This document shows, piece after piece, positions 46,982 to 63,837 of a stretch of DNA of 64,000 bases; the stretch's first letter is position 1; each line of letters begins with the position of its first letter. Source of the DNA: the human T2T-CHM13v2.0 reference genome, Homo sapiens; NCBI RefSeq assembly GCF_009914755.1, contig NC_060927.1; one strand, 5' to 3'. The notes below the pieces were generated by a model. That model was not told the origin of the DNA. It made no database searches and worked only from the letters and a program-made list of their open reading frames with translations. A program made the translations under genes and the position numbers.

Positions 46982-49900
46982 GTGAGCTGGCAAGTTAACG
47001 GCTCAGGTGGTAGGATTGCTACCTTACATTTGGATGGCGCCTCCCAGAGTTCAAGGTCCTTTCCTCTATGTCATCTTGCGTGGGTTGTTCTTTGCCTTAG
47101 CCTGATTTTTTATGTTTTTATTTTGAAACATGAGGATAAAAAAGAGCTCTGAAAATATTTTTATTACCTCTGGTTTCTCCATGAGATACTAGTTTGTCTG
47201 TGTCTTGAGCTTCTGATTGAAAGCTCAGCTCTCTCCCTTTCAGTATAATCTAAAGTTCTTTTCTCCTAGTTATAAATTAGGAGAAGATATAGGAATCTAT
47301 TCTATTAGGAATAGAATCTTCTCGTAATTTATAATTTCACTATCAACTAAAACTACACTGTCAGAGACCAAAGGGAAGCCAGTAAGAATGAGAGCAAACT
47401 TTTCCAACTCAATTTTATTGTTTTAAAGAATTCATGTGGTCATCTGAGCAGTGTCCTGCTCCATACAGAGTTTTAACATACCTGCTTTATGAATGGATCA
47501 AGCTGACCTAGAATCGGCATATCAAGTTGTACTTGGTCTGTGAAGATTTGAAGATTCTGTGGTTGCAAGCAACAGATTCCATCTCTGACTAACCCAGAGG
47601 AAAAGGAGAACACATTGGAAGGCTGTGGGGAAGCCCGTTGCTAGAGGAACAGCTGAAGAGGCAGTCCGAAGGGGGACTTGGAGAGTGCAGCCCCAAGAGT
47701 TTGGAGAACAGGAACTCACAGACAGTCCCCTGAGTGCCACTGTCAGTAATTCTACTCTAACACCGCCTTCAGTGCCTGAAGCACTTGGTTCAAGACTCCT
47801 CTTGCAGGGAAAGGTGTTTGACTGCTGTAACTGGGGCCCCCAGCCTATTTCTTGGCAAAGAGAGGCCAGGCACCTTCCTTGGTAGACCACAAAGATTGTC
47901 CCCAGGGAGGGAGGGGGAGCTCTCCAAAACAAACTTGAGGGCTCTTACCAGATAAGGGGATATGAAGCCTGGGTAGACAAAAAGAAATCCATTCTAAGTT
48001 AGAAATAAGTCTCTGAAGTAATTTAAATATTTCCACAAATATCTCATCCCTATTCTCTTTCATGAACTATAAACTTCAACCCAAAGTATACAATCTGAAT
48101 TATTGGGGTCTGAAATAGCATTTGACTAAAAAAATGTTTTGGATGATGATATTAAGTTGCCATCTCTGAAATGACCAGAATGAAACATTTCCTAATACTA
48201 GGTTGGAGAGATAGACAATGTCATCCCAATTTCTCTCTGCTTAAGACTTTGTTTACTTAGACCATTAAAGCCGGATTCAAATCAGTGAGCACTTTCTAAA
48301 GAGCCTGCTGCATGCACTCTTGGTGGGGCATAGATGAGCCATTCCAGTCTTAACTGGATGCCCCAGAGAGGCAGAACAGAGGACAGCCAGATGCATATGC
48401 CACTCGCCCCACACAAGGCAGATGTCACCTCTCAGTTTCACCTCTTTGCAATATGTATTGAAATAGAGAAAAGAGTCTTTTGAGTTAAAATTTCTATGCA
48501 TGCTTATAAAGCCCAATATAGCTGTCTCTCTCAGGTTTATTTTCTTTCCTTGCTCAAAAGAAAAACTGGATATGTTTCAACTGTTTAGTTTAAAGGGAAA
48601 TCTCATAGTTTTACTCTCATGAGCAATTTGATATTCCTTGAGGGCTATGGTGGCTGAATAATATCTAAAATTGAAAAACTAAAACATGTAAACATCTCTA
48701 GCCCTTACATTTTCTCTTATGGCTAAATTTGGGGACACAAATGAAAATAAGGTACTATTAATAGGGGAGCTATGATTTGTTAATGAGCTAACAAATTATA
48801 GAGGATGGAGTTCCTGAGATGAAAGGCACTGTATAAATTCAAAACATTTTCATATGTAGGAAATGGAGAAATTTTTTTTAGTACACGCAAACAGCACTGT
48901 TTTCATGAACACATGGATATCGACACACCTGACCTGGCCTAGTCATTTCATTTTGGCAAATTTAGTGCCAAGTGTAATGTTCCATTTGAAGGGCTCATTA
49001 GTTACTTTCTCCCCTCTTTTTAATAATCTCTGAAATTATTCCAAATGGAACATTACACTTGGCAGTAAAATTTTCCAATTCTAATTTTCAGAGTAGAAAT
49101 ACTCTTTTTGCAGATGTCAGTATATTCAAAATCTCTAAATTAATTTGCACATCACGTCCCTGGATTTTTGACATCATAGTCACAGAAGGCCAGTACAGTG
49201 CATTGAGTGTAATACAATGTTCCCAAAAGATGAATTCAGATTACCTAGGAATGTATGATTTATGCCTCTTCTGGCCTTTGGGATTACATTTTAAACCAGG
49301 ATGTTGTATCACTGCTGTCATTTACCATTGCTGACCACCTCATTTTTTTTCATTGAATGTCAGATTTTAAGGATGATTTGTGTTGAAGCAGTGACCACCG
49401 AGTGTCATGGCAGCACACAGTTGTGACTAAATTTATCACTTGCAGGAGTTTCAATTCTCAAACATGAGCTCCTGTAGTTGCTAAGTTTGTTTCTACATAT
49501 CGGCTCCTGATTTGGCCTGAGATGACCAAGATTCTGGTCCTAGAGCCATCCATATGACTTAAGGAAGGTCACGTAAGCTTTGTAAGTTTAGCCTTCCTGG
49601 CAGAGCTTGTATTGGGGCTGTCAGCCAAGGTGGTCTTGGAGGACCTTGTGGGTAGAGAAGAAGCTTTGAGGGGCCCTGTGGAGGAGAGTGACACATGTGG
49701 CCAGGGTGATGCTAGAGTGGCAGGCTGGCTGACCCCATTAATTGTGGAAAGAGATGGCGAGGCCCCCAGAACAGCAGGGATCAGGATGGAGGGAGGGAAC
49801 AGGTCTGAGAAGTCTGTGGAAGGCTGCGAGGGTGGAGGATCCCTGGATGATTTCTTGATTTCTAGCTGGCCAACTGGGTTGCCGATGTTATTGACTAAAT

Positions 49901-51229
49901 GTACTGTTTTGTGCTTAGCATCCTTAATTTGGCACAGATTCCTTTAAGAGAGGAAAAAAAGCAAGGTGCTCCCCTAGAGCTCTTGAAATTTAGTTTATTT
50001 CCATAATCGTTGACGTCGCCTCCTTCTCTCAGCTGACCAAATCTGACTTAAGTCATGTTATGTAAGCTCTCACTTGATAGGAACTAGAAGCCATAAAAGG
50101 CATCAATGGGGAAATATGATCAGAATTCTAGAAGCTGTTCTGTCTTTTCCTGAAATCTTTTCTTGCATTCCTAATATTAAAATATTCAAACCCTGGGGCT
50201 TTGGAACCACACACTTCAGCTCTGAGTCACCAACTATCTACACAATGCATTTTTTGCTGAAAGGGCAGATGCGGTCTCTCCAAAGGACAACTTGGAACTC
50301 TGTTGTTATTGACACATTACAGGCACATTAGAGAGCAAGAGCCTCCCTGGAAGCCCCAGGTCATTAAATAATAATTAATTGCTCACTACTGTTTTGTCCT
50401 TGTCTCCATAGTATCCATATGGGGTGAGGACAAAGGGTGAGAGCAGATCTGTAATTCTGGGGTAATGGTTTGGTTTTCCATCAAACTGTTTCAAGTAGAA
50501 TTCTTTGATGTTATGTGAAGGGAAAAGCTTCTGTGCTCAAAAAATCTGGAATAAACAAAAAAAAACAGGTATCTTTGCTTTGGACTTCTCAGAACCTTTG
50601 CTGTGCTAATGTGCACTGTGACTGTCTGAGAGAGGAAGTCATAGGCACTCTTGTCACACCCAGTTGACCACGGAGCCCTGTTTCCATGCAGTATCCCTAG
50701 AAACTAGTTATATGGACTGCCGCCTTGGTGAACACCAAATGAAAGTCATTTGTCTGTTTTTCCAGAGGGTGTGAGAGACCTGCCTTCTTTCCAGTGGGTG
50801 CCCTGAGGGCAAAGGACAGATACCTTTTTGTCTGGAATGTTTCCTTTGTAATTACTAAAGTGTTTTGCTGTTATCTAACTACTATTGTGAAATGCTTCAG
50901 TTTCTTCTGATTTCACCTTCTTAGATTCCTGCATCACATCACTAGCACAGGAGTGATTACTGAACACATTAGTAATTAGGAAGGAAGGAAGAAATATGGA
51001 GAACACTAGAGACCTATTCAGGAACTTTGGATTTTAATTGTGTTGTTTCTAGGAAATAGATTTTGACCAGGTATAGCATGCGAGCTGCTACCGTGCATTC
51101 ATTGCAAATCTGCTAATATTTAAGTTCAAAGACCAATTTTTGTCCTAACTGAGAAACTGGTATAATATAACTTTTACATGTAATAAGAAGCAGTTCAACT
51201 CTTTCAAGCAGTACACTACATTTTTTTAT

Positions 51230-52420
51230 ATTACTTTCTTTTGTAACAACTGAGCATACCATATAAGAACCTACTTAATATATACAATTCCATGGTTTTT
51301 AATATATTCACAAATTTATACAACCATCCCCACAGTCAATTTTAGAACATTTTCATCATCCCAAAAAGAAATCTCAGACCCTCTGGCAGTCATCCCTCCC
51401 CAATTCTTGCCTAATCTCCAGCCCTAGGCAATCACTAATCTGCCATCTGTCTCTGTAGATCTGCCTATTCTGGACATTTCATGTAGATGGAATCAAATAT
51501 AATATTTGTCATCTTATTGTCTGGCTCCTTTCACTTAGCATAATGTTTTCTTTCCTTTTTATTTCCAAGTAATCCTCCATTATATGGATAGGCCACATTT
51601 TGTTTATCCATTTTATTAATTGATGGACATTTGGGTTATTTCTACTTTTTTACTATAGTTATAAATAATACTTCTATGAACATTAATAAAGATTTTTGTG
51701 TGGATGTATGTTTTTATTTCTTTGGCAATATACCTAGGGGTAGAATTGCTGGGCCATGAAGTTTAAGGAACTGCCAGACTATTTTCCAAAGTGGCTTCAC
51801 CATTTTACATTCCCACCAGCAGTGTATGAGAATTCCAGTTTCTCCACATCATTACCAACACTTCTTATTGTCTGTGGTCATTTTGATTATGGTCATCCTA
51901 GTGGATATGATGTGATACCTCAGTGTAGTTTTAATTTGCATTTCCCTGATACATCTTTTCATGTGTTTATTGGCCATTTATATGTCTTCTTTGGGGAAAT
52001 GTCTATTCAGTTCTCTTGCCCCTTTTAAAAAATTCATTTTCATTTTAATTTTTAATTTTAGTTTGTCTTTTTATTATTTTAACCATTTTTTATATATTCT
52101 AGATACTAGTCTCTTATCAGATACGTAATCTACTAAGTTGTTCTCAACTTCTGAGAGTTTGTCTTCATGGTGCCCTTTGAAGCACAAGTTTTTCATTTTG
52201 ATGAAATTAAGTTTGTCTGTTTTTTCTTTTGTTGCTTTTGCTTTTGGTGTTATATCTAAAACGCTATTGCCTAATAAAAGGCCACAAAGATTTATACGTA
52301 TTTTATTTTCTAAGAGTTTTATAGTTTTAGATCTTACAATTGGATCTTTAATCCATTTGGAGTTAATTTTTGTATATGGCATGAAGTAAGGGTCCAACTT
52401 CATTCTTTTGCACATGGTCA
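51230..52420 (-). mobile_element. L1MB-type 3' fragment
   Basis: Minus-strand ORF2 C-terminal peptide CKRMKLDPYFMPYTKINSKWIKD...KAKATKEKTDKLNFIK; L1MB-like 3' UTR. Confidence 0.88.
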
Positions 52421-53662
52421 TGTTACTTTTTAACTCACGTTCCCACATTATCTTAAAAATCAGGCTGCTTCTGCCTCTTTATTTTCTGGCCTTCACTTAA
52501 TATGCTATCAGAAAACATTTCTGTGTTTTCATGCGGGCTTCACAATTGTTTTTTAATCCATACATAATGTCCTATCAACTCAATGTACCTTAATATCCTA
52601 AGTCTTTCCCATCATGTTGAACACTGGGCTTTTTTCATGTTTGGGGCTATTATGGAGATAACTGCTGTGACCATTTATGTCCACATGGCTCTTTGCTTCA
52701 TAGAATTTTCCTTAGGAGATATTCCCAAGTGTGGGGTTCTTTTGGTCAAAGGTTACAAACATTTTTCTATTTTTCTATTTTCTATTTCTATTTCTACATG
52801 GTTTCTGAGAGGGCTATATAGAGTGCCATATCCAATGATGTATGCATTTCACAGCAACTTCACAAACATTAGTGTCACCTTGCTAAAACGTTTTGCTAAC
52901 TTATCAGATATAAAATGATAATACTTCAAGATCACTCTAATTTTCATCTCTTTTTAAAAACTAATTTGTTTTTTAAAGTCCAAGTGATATATGTATATTA
53001 TATGAAAAGTCAAAGAGTACTAATAATAACAAGAACAATAAAAGCAGCCTCCTTAACCAAACACTTTTATTTAGGTATATGTTTCTTAGGATACAAGTTC
53101 AGTGGCTATGACAGAGGCTTAAACAGGAGTTTATTCTACCTACATGAAACTCTTGAGCATGTGTGAAAAGTCTACTTTGTGAGGTGGTTAGGGCAGTTAT
53201 CCTCTGTCTTGTCTTCCTGCTCTGCCCTTCTAGAGTCCTGTCCTTCTCTGTGTTTCTAAGTTGGTCTACACTTGATCTGCGTTCCAGTGAAGTAAGAAGT
53301 GGGGAAGGGTGGGGAGAAGGGCATGCTCCTTCCCTTTGAGGCCGTGACCTAGCAGTTGCTTCTGCACATCCTCCATGGCCACACCTAGCTGCAAGGGAGG
53401 CTGAACAGTGCTTTCGTTAGCTAAACACACTAGCCATGTGTCCAACTCAACATTCTATTGCTGAGTTAGAAGAGGAGGCAGGTACAGGGGTCAACTGGTA
53501 GTCTGTGCCACCTGCTGTTTCTCTGGCATAGACATCCCTATCTGTATGTCTGTCCATGTGCCGTATATGCCTATACTGCTGTCTTTTGATTCACCAGTTC
53601 TAGATATTACCTAGTGACTTTTATTCTATAACCCCTCACCTCCCAGCCTCCTGGTAACATCA

Positions 53663-54104
<442 letters not shown>

Positions 54105-54270
54105 CTAACACATCTGTACCATGGCTGCTGGCTGGAGACCCATTGGGGCTGCATTTCACTGTTTCCCTACCATATCTCATTCTGTGCTTCCTGACACCCA
54201 AGGTGATAAAAGATAAGAGCTGGCTTAGATGCCTATAGAATCTGTCACTACTCTTTGAGATATAGACCCT

Positions 54271-54510
54271 GGCCAGGCACAGTGGTTCTCACCTGTAATT
54301 CCAGCACTTCGGGAGGCCAAAATGATAGGATTGTGTGAGCCCAGTAGTTCGAGACCAGCCTGGGCAACATAGGGACATCCTGGCTCTACAAAAAATTAAA
54401 AAAAAAAAAAAAATTAGCTGGGTTTGGTGGTACATACCTGCAGTTCCAGCTACTCAGGAAGCTGAGGTGGGAGGATCAGGGTGAAACCCTATTTCTAAAT
54501 AAATAAATAT
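54271..54510 (+). mobile_element. AluJ with right-arm internal deletion
   Basis: ggaggatc joined to agggtgaaaccctatttct and a (TAAA)n tail. Confidence 0.78.
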
Positions 54511-54839
54511 CTTAAAAATAATTTAAAAAATAAATATAGATTTAATTCTTAGGCTTATTTTAATTTTGGGGTTTGCAAAGTAGATAATTACATGAAATCT
54601 TAAAACATGGCAAGTATTATAAATAGTAAGAATTCATAAGTTATAACTGTTAATTGCTTATATTGTAAATTAAGTCAAGTGAACTCACTAATTGTCTACC
54701 ATCTCTCATCTCTTCTTCCACTGGGACTTTACTTAGGTCATTATGCTTCCAGCTCTCCGTATAGTCACATATATGCACGTATGGCTTGTCTCCTTGTTAC
54801 AGTAGTTGTAATACACTTCATTTAAGATGATACAGTGTT

Positions 54840-54960
54840 AGCTGGGTACAGTGGCTCCTGCCTGTAATCCCAGCGCTTTGGGAGTCTGAGGTGGGAGTAT
54901 CACTTGAGACCTGGAATTTTAGACCAGCCTGGGTGACATAGCAAGACCCCTGTCTCTACA

Positions 54961-55020
<60 letters not shown>
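54840..55020 (+). mobile_element. Alu left monomer with A tail running into an (AT)n microsatellite
   Basis: FLAM-like arm, poly-A at 54960-54978, perfect TA run at 54979-55020. Confidence 0.85.
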
Positions 55021-55025
<5 letters not shown>

Positions 55026-55969
55026 AGATGTTATTTTAAATAACAATACAATGTAATAGAATTATTGTATTGTAACATAATACAATAATACAATGTTAGA
55101 ATAAATCCAAATTAAGTGTTTTATTAGGGCCACATAAATATTGTTCAACTGAGCCAAATACATTTTCCTTTTTATATAACTTTTTATTTTTCCTAGAGTT
55201 CATAATGTCTTCCTTTTTTTTTCATTTACTTTGTGTTCTTTGAATTTCTGGCTAAGTCTTCCTGTACACCCCCCATATTTCTTTGAAACTCCTCTCAGTG
55301 CAGTTTTCTGCACGTTCCAACCTGCCAGGTAATCTATCCATTTCCTTATTTTCCCAAAGATGCTTCCCAGGGCACTGTGTACTGCTCAGATCTGACCTGG
55401 TCATTCTCCAGGCCTCTGCTGCAACCTGGCCTATTAGAACTTCCCTCTGTCTTTGTTCTGTGAGTGTCCTCATACTTTTTTCTTTGTTGGATCCCTTGTT
55501 TCCTGGATCCTATGTCTGTCTCTTTCTTGATTTACCCCTTCATTTTGCTGGAACACATTCTGTAGTATCCCCTAAGAAAAGGGTAAGTGGGTAGGAACTC
55601 TTTTGTCTTAGGATGTCTGGAAATCTCTTCCCTTCTTTCTGCTCAGTCATTTTCTACTCCCTCTCCACTTCCATCTTCAAGTGTTATGGTGGTTTGGAAT
55701 TTCTGATGTCCCTGGTTTCACTACAGATGGACTTTGTGTTTCTCATCTTCTGTATATTTGAGGTATTTTTCAAAAGGAAAAGACAGTGAAGGGAATGTCA
55801 TTACTCCACATCTGGAAAGCAAAAATGTTTTTTCACTTTTCATGAGCATGGAAGAACATTTTTTCATGTGCGTATTTAATCTTTTGATTATTCACTGGTG
55901 TGAATTATCTATTAATACCCTTCAAAGGACAACTTATTTAACAATTAGCAGAAAGCACAGAAGTTCTAG

Positions 55970-56272
<303 letters not shown>

Positions 56273-57940
56273 TGATTTGCCTCCTCATAAAAATGAATAA
56301 CCCTTCATTTAATCATCCCTTGTTTCAGAACTACATTTTGAAAATATACTAGGTATATTGCACTTTGCTCGTTGCTACTGAGATTAAGAAGAAGTATCTG
56401 ACCTACAAATCTTGCCAGTAGAGTTTGTTGTTAAGACTTGTACATATGATACGAGGAACAATGCAACTCAGATGAAAATCCAATTTCAAGACTCATAGAA
56501 CCATCCCAGGTATACTACCAGCTTTAAAAAAAAAAGGAAGAAAAGAAAACTCATAGAACCAACAGCAACTGCTGGGACGGGGGTTCAAATGAAGCACAAA
56601 TGATAGATGTGGGCTGGGTTTTGGTGAAGGCTTTGTGGAGGAGGCGAACTCGAGCTATTCAAGAAAAGGATTGTGAAACAGCAGTAAAATTGAAGGCATA
56701 TTTAGAACTGTAAATTGGATGTCCTTGGCAGCCTTACTCATTCGTGAGCATTCTAAACTATCGTCATGTAACAGGAAGTCTGAGAATGAACAAAGAGAAG
56801 GGAACCTAAAGACAGCTCTGTCCAAAATCTGCCTCCTTTAGGACAGACCTGTGCATTTTTCATTCCAACATTCCTACTGTAGATTCCAGCCAGTCCCCAG
56901 AGTCCCGAAACCTTGCAGAGAAAGTTATTTCCACACTATTTCCTAGCACACAGAAATAGCATTTCTTCTTAAATTCACATTTTTCCCCTCATAACGCTCA
57001 GATCAGTGTTTCAAGAAGTTGTTTGAAGAAACGTCAAAGCAGAAAATCGATGTTACTCTCTTCTAACCATTTAAACCTAGAAAATGTGTTGTTTAAAGAA
57101 ATAATTCCTTCTGTTACTTTTATGCATTTTACAATTAGTAAAATTTATTAATATAACCAGCCGGGATAAACATAAAGGCAGTTTTTATTGATGTGGCTTT
57201 TGGGGGAGTTTTTTGTTTGTTTGTTTGTTTGATATTTTGAATCATTACTGACACAATATTGAGAGTTTTGAAGGAAAAAAATCGGATTTTTTTAGGTGCA
57301 TACGGAAAACTGTTTCTCCTGTTGTCTTGATTTCCCATAGTTTCTTAATTAACTTTTTCCAAATTTTTGCTTTTTGCCCTCCAAGAAGAACAAGAGCAGA
57401 AATAAACAGGAGATAAAGTGGTGTTTTTGCCTCCCACCTGCACTGTTAGAAATAGTTCACATTCAACTGAGCACAACATGACTACCACCATGGCCTGAGG
57501 CATTCTTTATACTGCCAAATACATTCTGTGGTTACAGTGTCTCCTTTTAAACATTACTCCTGGTTCTTCCAAATTCTATTTTAGAATGTAGTAAATGACT
57601 ATTTTCCTTTCTTGACTATGAACACCTTTTGGTAGTATATTTATTGCTTGCCATTTGTCCTCAACCTTCAACTCCACTCAACATTTATTCAACGCATTAG
57701 ATGCATTTTGTCTATAATCTCAGCTAGAACACTACAAAACTTTCCATCATGTCACAGAGCTTTTCATCATGTTTGGGACCTTTAGAACATGTCTCCCAAA
57801 CATTCAACCACTGTTTTAGGGCATTGTTCCGAGATCTGACTTAAGCACCTTGTGTAATACCCTTAGCTTTATATCTCTCAGTTTTCACACAATGTGTTGT
57901 ATCCATGAGTATGTCAGCAGCTTTTACAGATGACCCTATA

Positions 57941-58119
57941 GCAGGGGTTCTCAACCAGGGGAGATTTTGCCACCAAGAGACATTTGGCAATTTTGGAAAC
58001 ATTTTTGTTTGTCACAACTCAGGGAGTGCTATTGGTACAGTTCAACATCCTGCAATGCAAAAGACAGCCCCCGCAACAAAGTCCACAATGTCAGTAGTAC
58101 CAAGGTTGAGAAATCCTGC
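57941..58119. mobile_element. MER20, opposite orientation to the 13.3 kb copy
   Basis: caggggttctcaaccagggagattttgcc...gacatttggcaa...tgtcacaact...ccaaggttgagaaatcctg. Confidence 0.8.
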
Positions 58120-58524
58120 CCTTACAAAACCAAAGAGCTGGGGGGAAAAGAAAAAAAAAACCCATTCTTATGAATACCCGAAGCCAAAACAGCAGGCCTT
58201 GGCCCCCCTGGGTGAGTGATTTATTAATGCTCAACTTCTCCTCAAGGACATATGTGAGTTAAAGAATAAATGTCTACTTAGAATGTACTATTGCCTTTGG
58301 GAACAAAACATAGTTACCAGTTTTTGACTTCCTGACTGAGTGGATTTTTCTAGGACTGCTAGGAAATGCTGGAGGAGTCAGCCCCGCTTCTTGAGAGAAC
58401 CCCACTGCCCTCTGCCACTGAGGGAATTCAAGAAAGAGGCTTCCACAAATGCTTATAATTTTTAGTGGCAAAAAAAAGCACTCAAAAATGTATATATTAG
58501 GATTGTAACTATTAAAAAAAAATA

Positions 58525-58828
58525 GGCTGGACACAGTGGCTCACACCTGTAATCCCAGCACTTTGGGAGGGTGAGGTGGGCGATCACTTGAGGTCAGGAG
58601 TTTGAGACCAGTCTGGTCAACATGGCGAAACCCCTTTTCTACTAAAAATACAAAAATTAGCCAGGCATGGTAGCGCACGCCTGTTATCCCAGCTACTCAG
58701 GAGGCTGAGATATGAGAATCACTTGAACCCGGGAGGCTGAAGTTGTAGTGAGCCGAGATCGTGCCACTGCACTCTAACCTGGGCAACAGAGCAAGACTCT
58801 GTCTCAAAACAAAAACAAAAACAAAAAC
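58525..58828 (+). mobile_element. AluS
   Basis: Full dimer with (CAAAAA)n tail. Confidence 0.92.
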
Positions 58829-59065
58829 TAAGCAGAGGAAAAAGACTTAAAGGAAGTAATACCAATATGGTAAACTAGTTGTGTTTTGGCAGTGGGTTTC
58901 TCCAAGACCGTGTTCCATTTTCCCAACTAATGTGATGTGGTTTTAAAACTTCTATAACTAAAAGAGATAGTCTCCTTTAAGAAGCTAAACCTGGGTGTCA
59001 GTACTGTCAGTTGTTTTGTGATTTGGGCACTTGTGAAGGAAATGTTTTCTTTTCTTCTCCTCTGA

Positions 59066-59194
<129 letters not shown>

Positions 59195-59743
59195 TAAGAA
59201 CTTACTTCCAGAATGATCACCTTGATACGACTTTGATAGACATTTTCCTTCAGGTGCAAATTACAACCTGTTCCTTCACTCGTCCCCATACCTAACAGCC
59301 TTGTGGCCTCATATCTATCAGAACAAAATAATATTCTTCAAGATCTAGAAGTTTGCCAATTGTAAATCAAATTCAGTCCTTGAATAGAATGGTATCGAAG
59401 TAACTAATTTTGTGTTGGTAATCTCTGCTTGAGAAAAATTATCTTTTCTAAGGAATCTCTGGTTCCTTGGGAGAGGTGACTGAAATTGTTTCTTTTTCCT
59501 AGAGGAGATATCTGTTCTCTCCAGATTACTGACATTATTTCTGCCTAAAGTGTAACTCACTTATAGAAATGAACAGGGAAGTTCAGAGTCATGTTTATTT
59601 GGTCAGGGTTATCTCTTGCTAGCATGAAACAGCAGCACTTAAAGATGGTACATCTGGCAGGATTTGAGCCCAGCCTCTATGTTGAACTAACCTGGAAAGT
59701 AGGATGGAAGAGGTAGGGTGAGGGATGGGAGCAGGTAGTGGGA

Positions 59744-60310
59744 GCAGTGATTCTCAAACTTGAGCACACATCAGAATCCCCTGGTGGCCTTGTTAAATCA
59801 CAGCCTGGCCCCCACCCCCACCCCAGGGATACTGATTTAGTAGTCCCAGGTGAGACCCCAAAATTTACACTTCTAACGAGTTTCCAGATACTGCTGCTAA
59901 TGCTGCTGGTCCAGGGAACACATTTTGAGAATCAAGGGCTTAGAACCTTGCCACTTAATGTCTGGTCCCTGGACCAGCAGTACTGGCATCACGTGTCTTA
60001 GATCCCACCCTAGTCTAATAAGATCCCTATATGATTTGTATGCACATTAGAAGTTTGAGAATACTGGCTTAGAGCACTCTTAAACTTAACTGCACATTGG
60101 AAACACCTGAGAGTTTTAAAATAATACTGATGCCTGGGTCTCACTCCAGATACTCCAATTTGATGGTTATTGGTGGTGAGGGGGGCATGGATCAGACATC
60201 AATAGTGTTCAGAGCTCCCTAGTTGATTCTGATGTGCAGCAGAGTCTGGGAACTACTGACTTAACATAGTGATGCCACACCTGGCCATGGCTCTGAATCA
60301 CCTGGGAGGT
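59744..60310. mobile_element. Cluster of MER5A/MER5B fragments
   Basis: cagtgattctcaaactttgagcacacatcagaatcccctgg...cacattttgagaatca; further aagtttgagaatactg and gattctgatgtgcagc...gggaactactg pieces. Confidence 0.75.
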
Positions 60311-61524
60311 GCTTACAGGTCCCATCTTGGCTGATCTTGATTCAGTGAGACCTGAAGATCCAAGTTTTTCAGGTTTGTGACTATCTGGCTATATTTATAT
60401 CTATAGAATAAAGGAATAATGGTCAGGTTTTCTCCTTTGTAAGGAGTCCATGTTTTATAACCCCATGTTTGTGGCTTTACTTCATAAACTGCATCCCCAG
60501 ACATGAGTCATGCTCTAAGATATGGACCCTTAGGCCTTTTTTTAGACCTTGTTTGAGCAGGTTTCCTGGAGGTAGAGCAGAGCGAAATCACAGTGTCTGT
60601 AAGGAGCCCCAGTTAACCCTCTACAGGGCAAGAAAGGGGACACTTGTGGCCAAAATTAGGCTTCTGAAGTGCCTAGTGAAGCATCCACTCTTTAGTACAG
60701 TACTCTGAGCATTAATTATGCTTCCTGGCTTCTTTCACACAGCTTCAGATGGTCTGTTGAAGCCTCTCCTGGCTCTAGGCTGAATATCTAGAGTAAAATA
60801 ATTATTTCAATAAGTAGAAGGAGAATGGCTGGGGAAAAGCCGCTTTCATCTATGAGCTTCTGGAATGGAAAGACAGTGGTGTTAGGAGAAGACTGACTTT
60901 CAGGAGAGCTTTTTATGATTTGCATCACGACTGTGATAATGGGAGTGCAGAAAGACACTTCAGACCATTCATGAAAAGGGCTGCTTTTGATAAACATAGC
61001 TGTATTTTCTTATTCTTTATGCCTCTTGACTGTAAGCTCCTTGAGGACATGGGAAGATCATATTTATCTTTGTGGCCCCAATGGCTAGCACGAGCCCAGC
61101 ACGTATAGATGCCCAGTGGGTCTTCACTGAACAAATGCGAGGGTACCCGCAATCCAGGTTGTTACCAAGCCACACTGGCTCAATTCATATAATTAGTTTG
61201 GCTCTCTGAAAAGCACCAAGTGAAAAGATAATTTCTCTTTTGTACTGTTAGTGGTCTGTCCTGCTGTCTATAAAACGGGAGCATTTAAATATAAAAAGAG
61301 TGGTCTGGTTCTTCAAGCCGAAGCCTCAGAATGTTCCTCTGCTTGCCTGAATTCCTTCTGCTTTAGGATAATATTGGATTTTTCTTTTCTGAATATTTTC
61401 CCCCCAACAGGGGAGTAGTCATTAAAAATCCATATCGTGCAGTTCTGTACTGGCAGCTAAAAGCTGATATTTGATGATCTCTGTAGGTGTCACAGGGCTC
61501 TGGTGATAAAGCAAGCCACAGAAC

Positions 61525-62174
<650 letters not shown>

Positions 62175-63476
62175 TAAGGAGCCACATCCCTGCAGTGGTG
62201 ACTGTGCCTATGGCCCCATACCTGCTAGGGCTTCAGACAGCCTCCTCCCTCCTGGTGCTAACTCTGCTCCCTTTTTCCCTGACTTCCATGAGGCTGGAAA
62301 GAACACTGTGGGTCTTTGGGGCCCTTTAAGAGAAGGGTCTGGAATCTGTGGCCCTGCCTCTGCAATGGGCATCCTCCCTTCTCTGAGCTGTTGGAAGCAG
62401 CAGTGTCAGTTCAGATCTATCCCAGAAACATCTGATCCAACTGATGGAAAAGCTCTAAATTTTCCTTACAGCTTTGTAAAAAACCACTTTCCTCCATTTT
62501 GATATTCCAAAGAGCCACGTGGAGAGGGGAGAAAATGTTCTCTTCTCCACCTTGCAGTTTTCCAATATAGTGACTGTAACAACAGTGGAGATTTTATCAT
62601 GAGTAGCAGAGTAGTTGCTAAGAGAACAAGTGTGCTCAGGGCTGCATTCTTTAATATGCTGAAGCACCATGGTTCCTTTCTCCTCATTTTGGAAGTGGGA
62701 TTATGTTTTTCTGTCTATTCACTGGCATGTCTCAAGCATGATTTTTAATGATGCTGTCCATATCAGCTAATTAAACAAATAGCAGATACCAAGTTCCAGT
62801 ATTTTCCTTCTTCTGCGGAGAAGCCATTTTTCTCTGCCTTATAGATCATGATGAGGATATTATAAAATAATTTTGTATTCTGCCAGTATAGAGCTGAGTT
62901 ACTAGGTTGACAATTAGGTAACCACGTAGTGTAATTGGAAGTCTTGAGCTGGGTGTCAAATCAGTGATGGATTCAAGTCCTGGCTCTGCCTCCTAACTAA
63001 CTGTCTAGCCTTGGGAAAGTCATTTACCTTCTCTGAGCGTGAAATCCCTCATCAGGAACAAAAATAACCCCATTGAAGGGCTTTTCAGAAGACTAGAATT
63101 AACACATGTGATCCTGCACAGTGATACCTTCTAGGCCTTCAATAAATAGAAACTTTATGGCCATCCAGCCAGGGACTTGCCAGCCATCCTCCCAGGTCCT
63201 CACTGAGGCAGTTTTGAAATTCAAGGTGGAACTTGGAGGGAGGTATATAGGAAGGCCCAGACCATTTTAGGGTAGAAATGTTGGCTCCAGGAGGAAAATA
63301 GCACACCCTCTTTGTTGATAAGCGCTGACAAAGGGCTTCCCTACCAGAGATGTTGGTGGCCTGCATACAGCACAGCAGTTGTGGCCTTATTGATGAGGAT
63401 AAGGTTTCCTGCTTGGCTGCAGAATTACTGGAGGGCAGAACCTAGGCCTTGGTGTTGGGCAAGGCTCCCTGGATGA

Positions 63477-63771
<295 letters not shown>

Positions 63772-63837
63772 CCTGGATGATCTTAATGAGCATCCAAGGC
63801 TGAGAGCTACTGAGCCAGTGTGGCCGAGCAAGGCAGC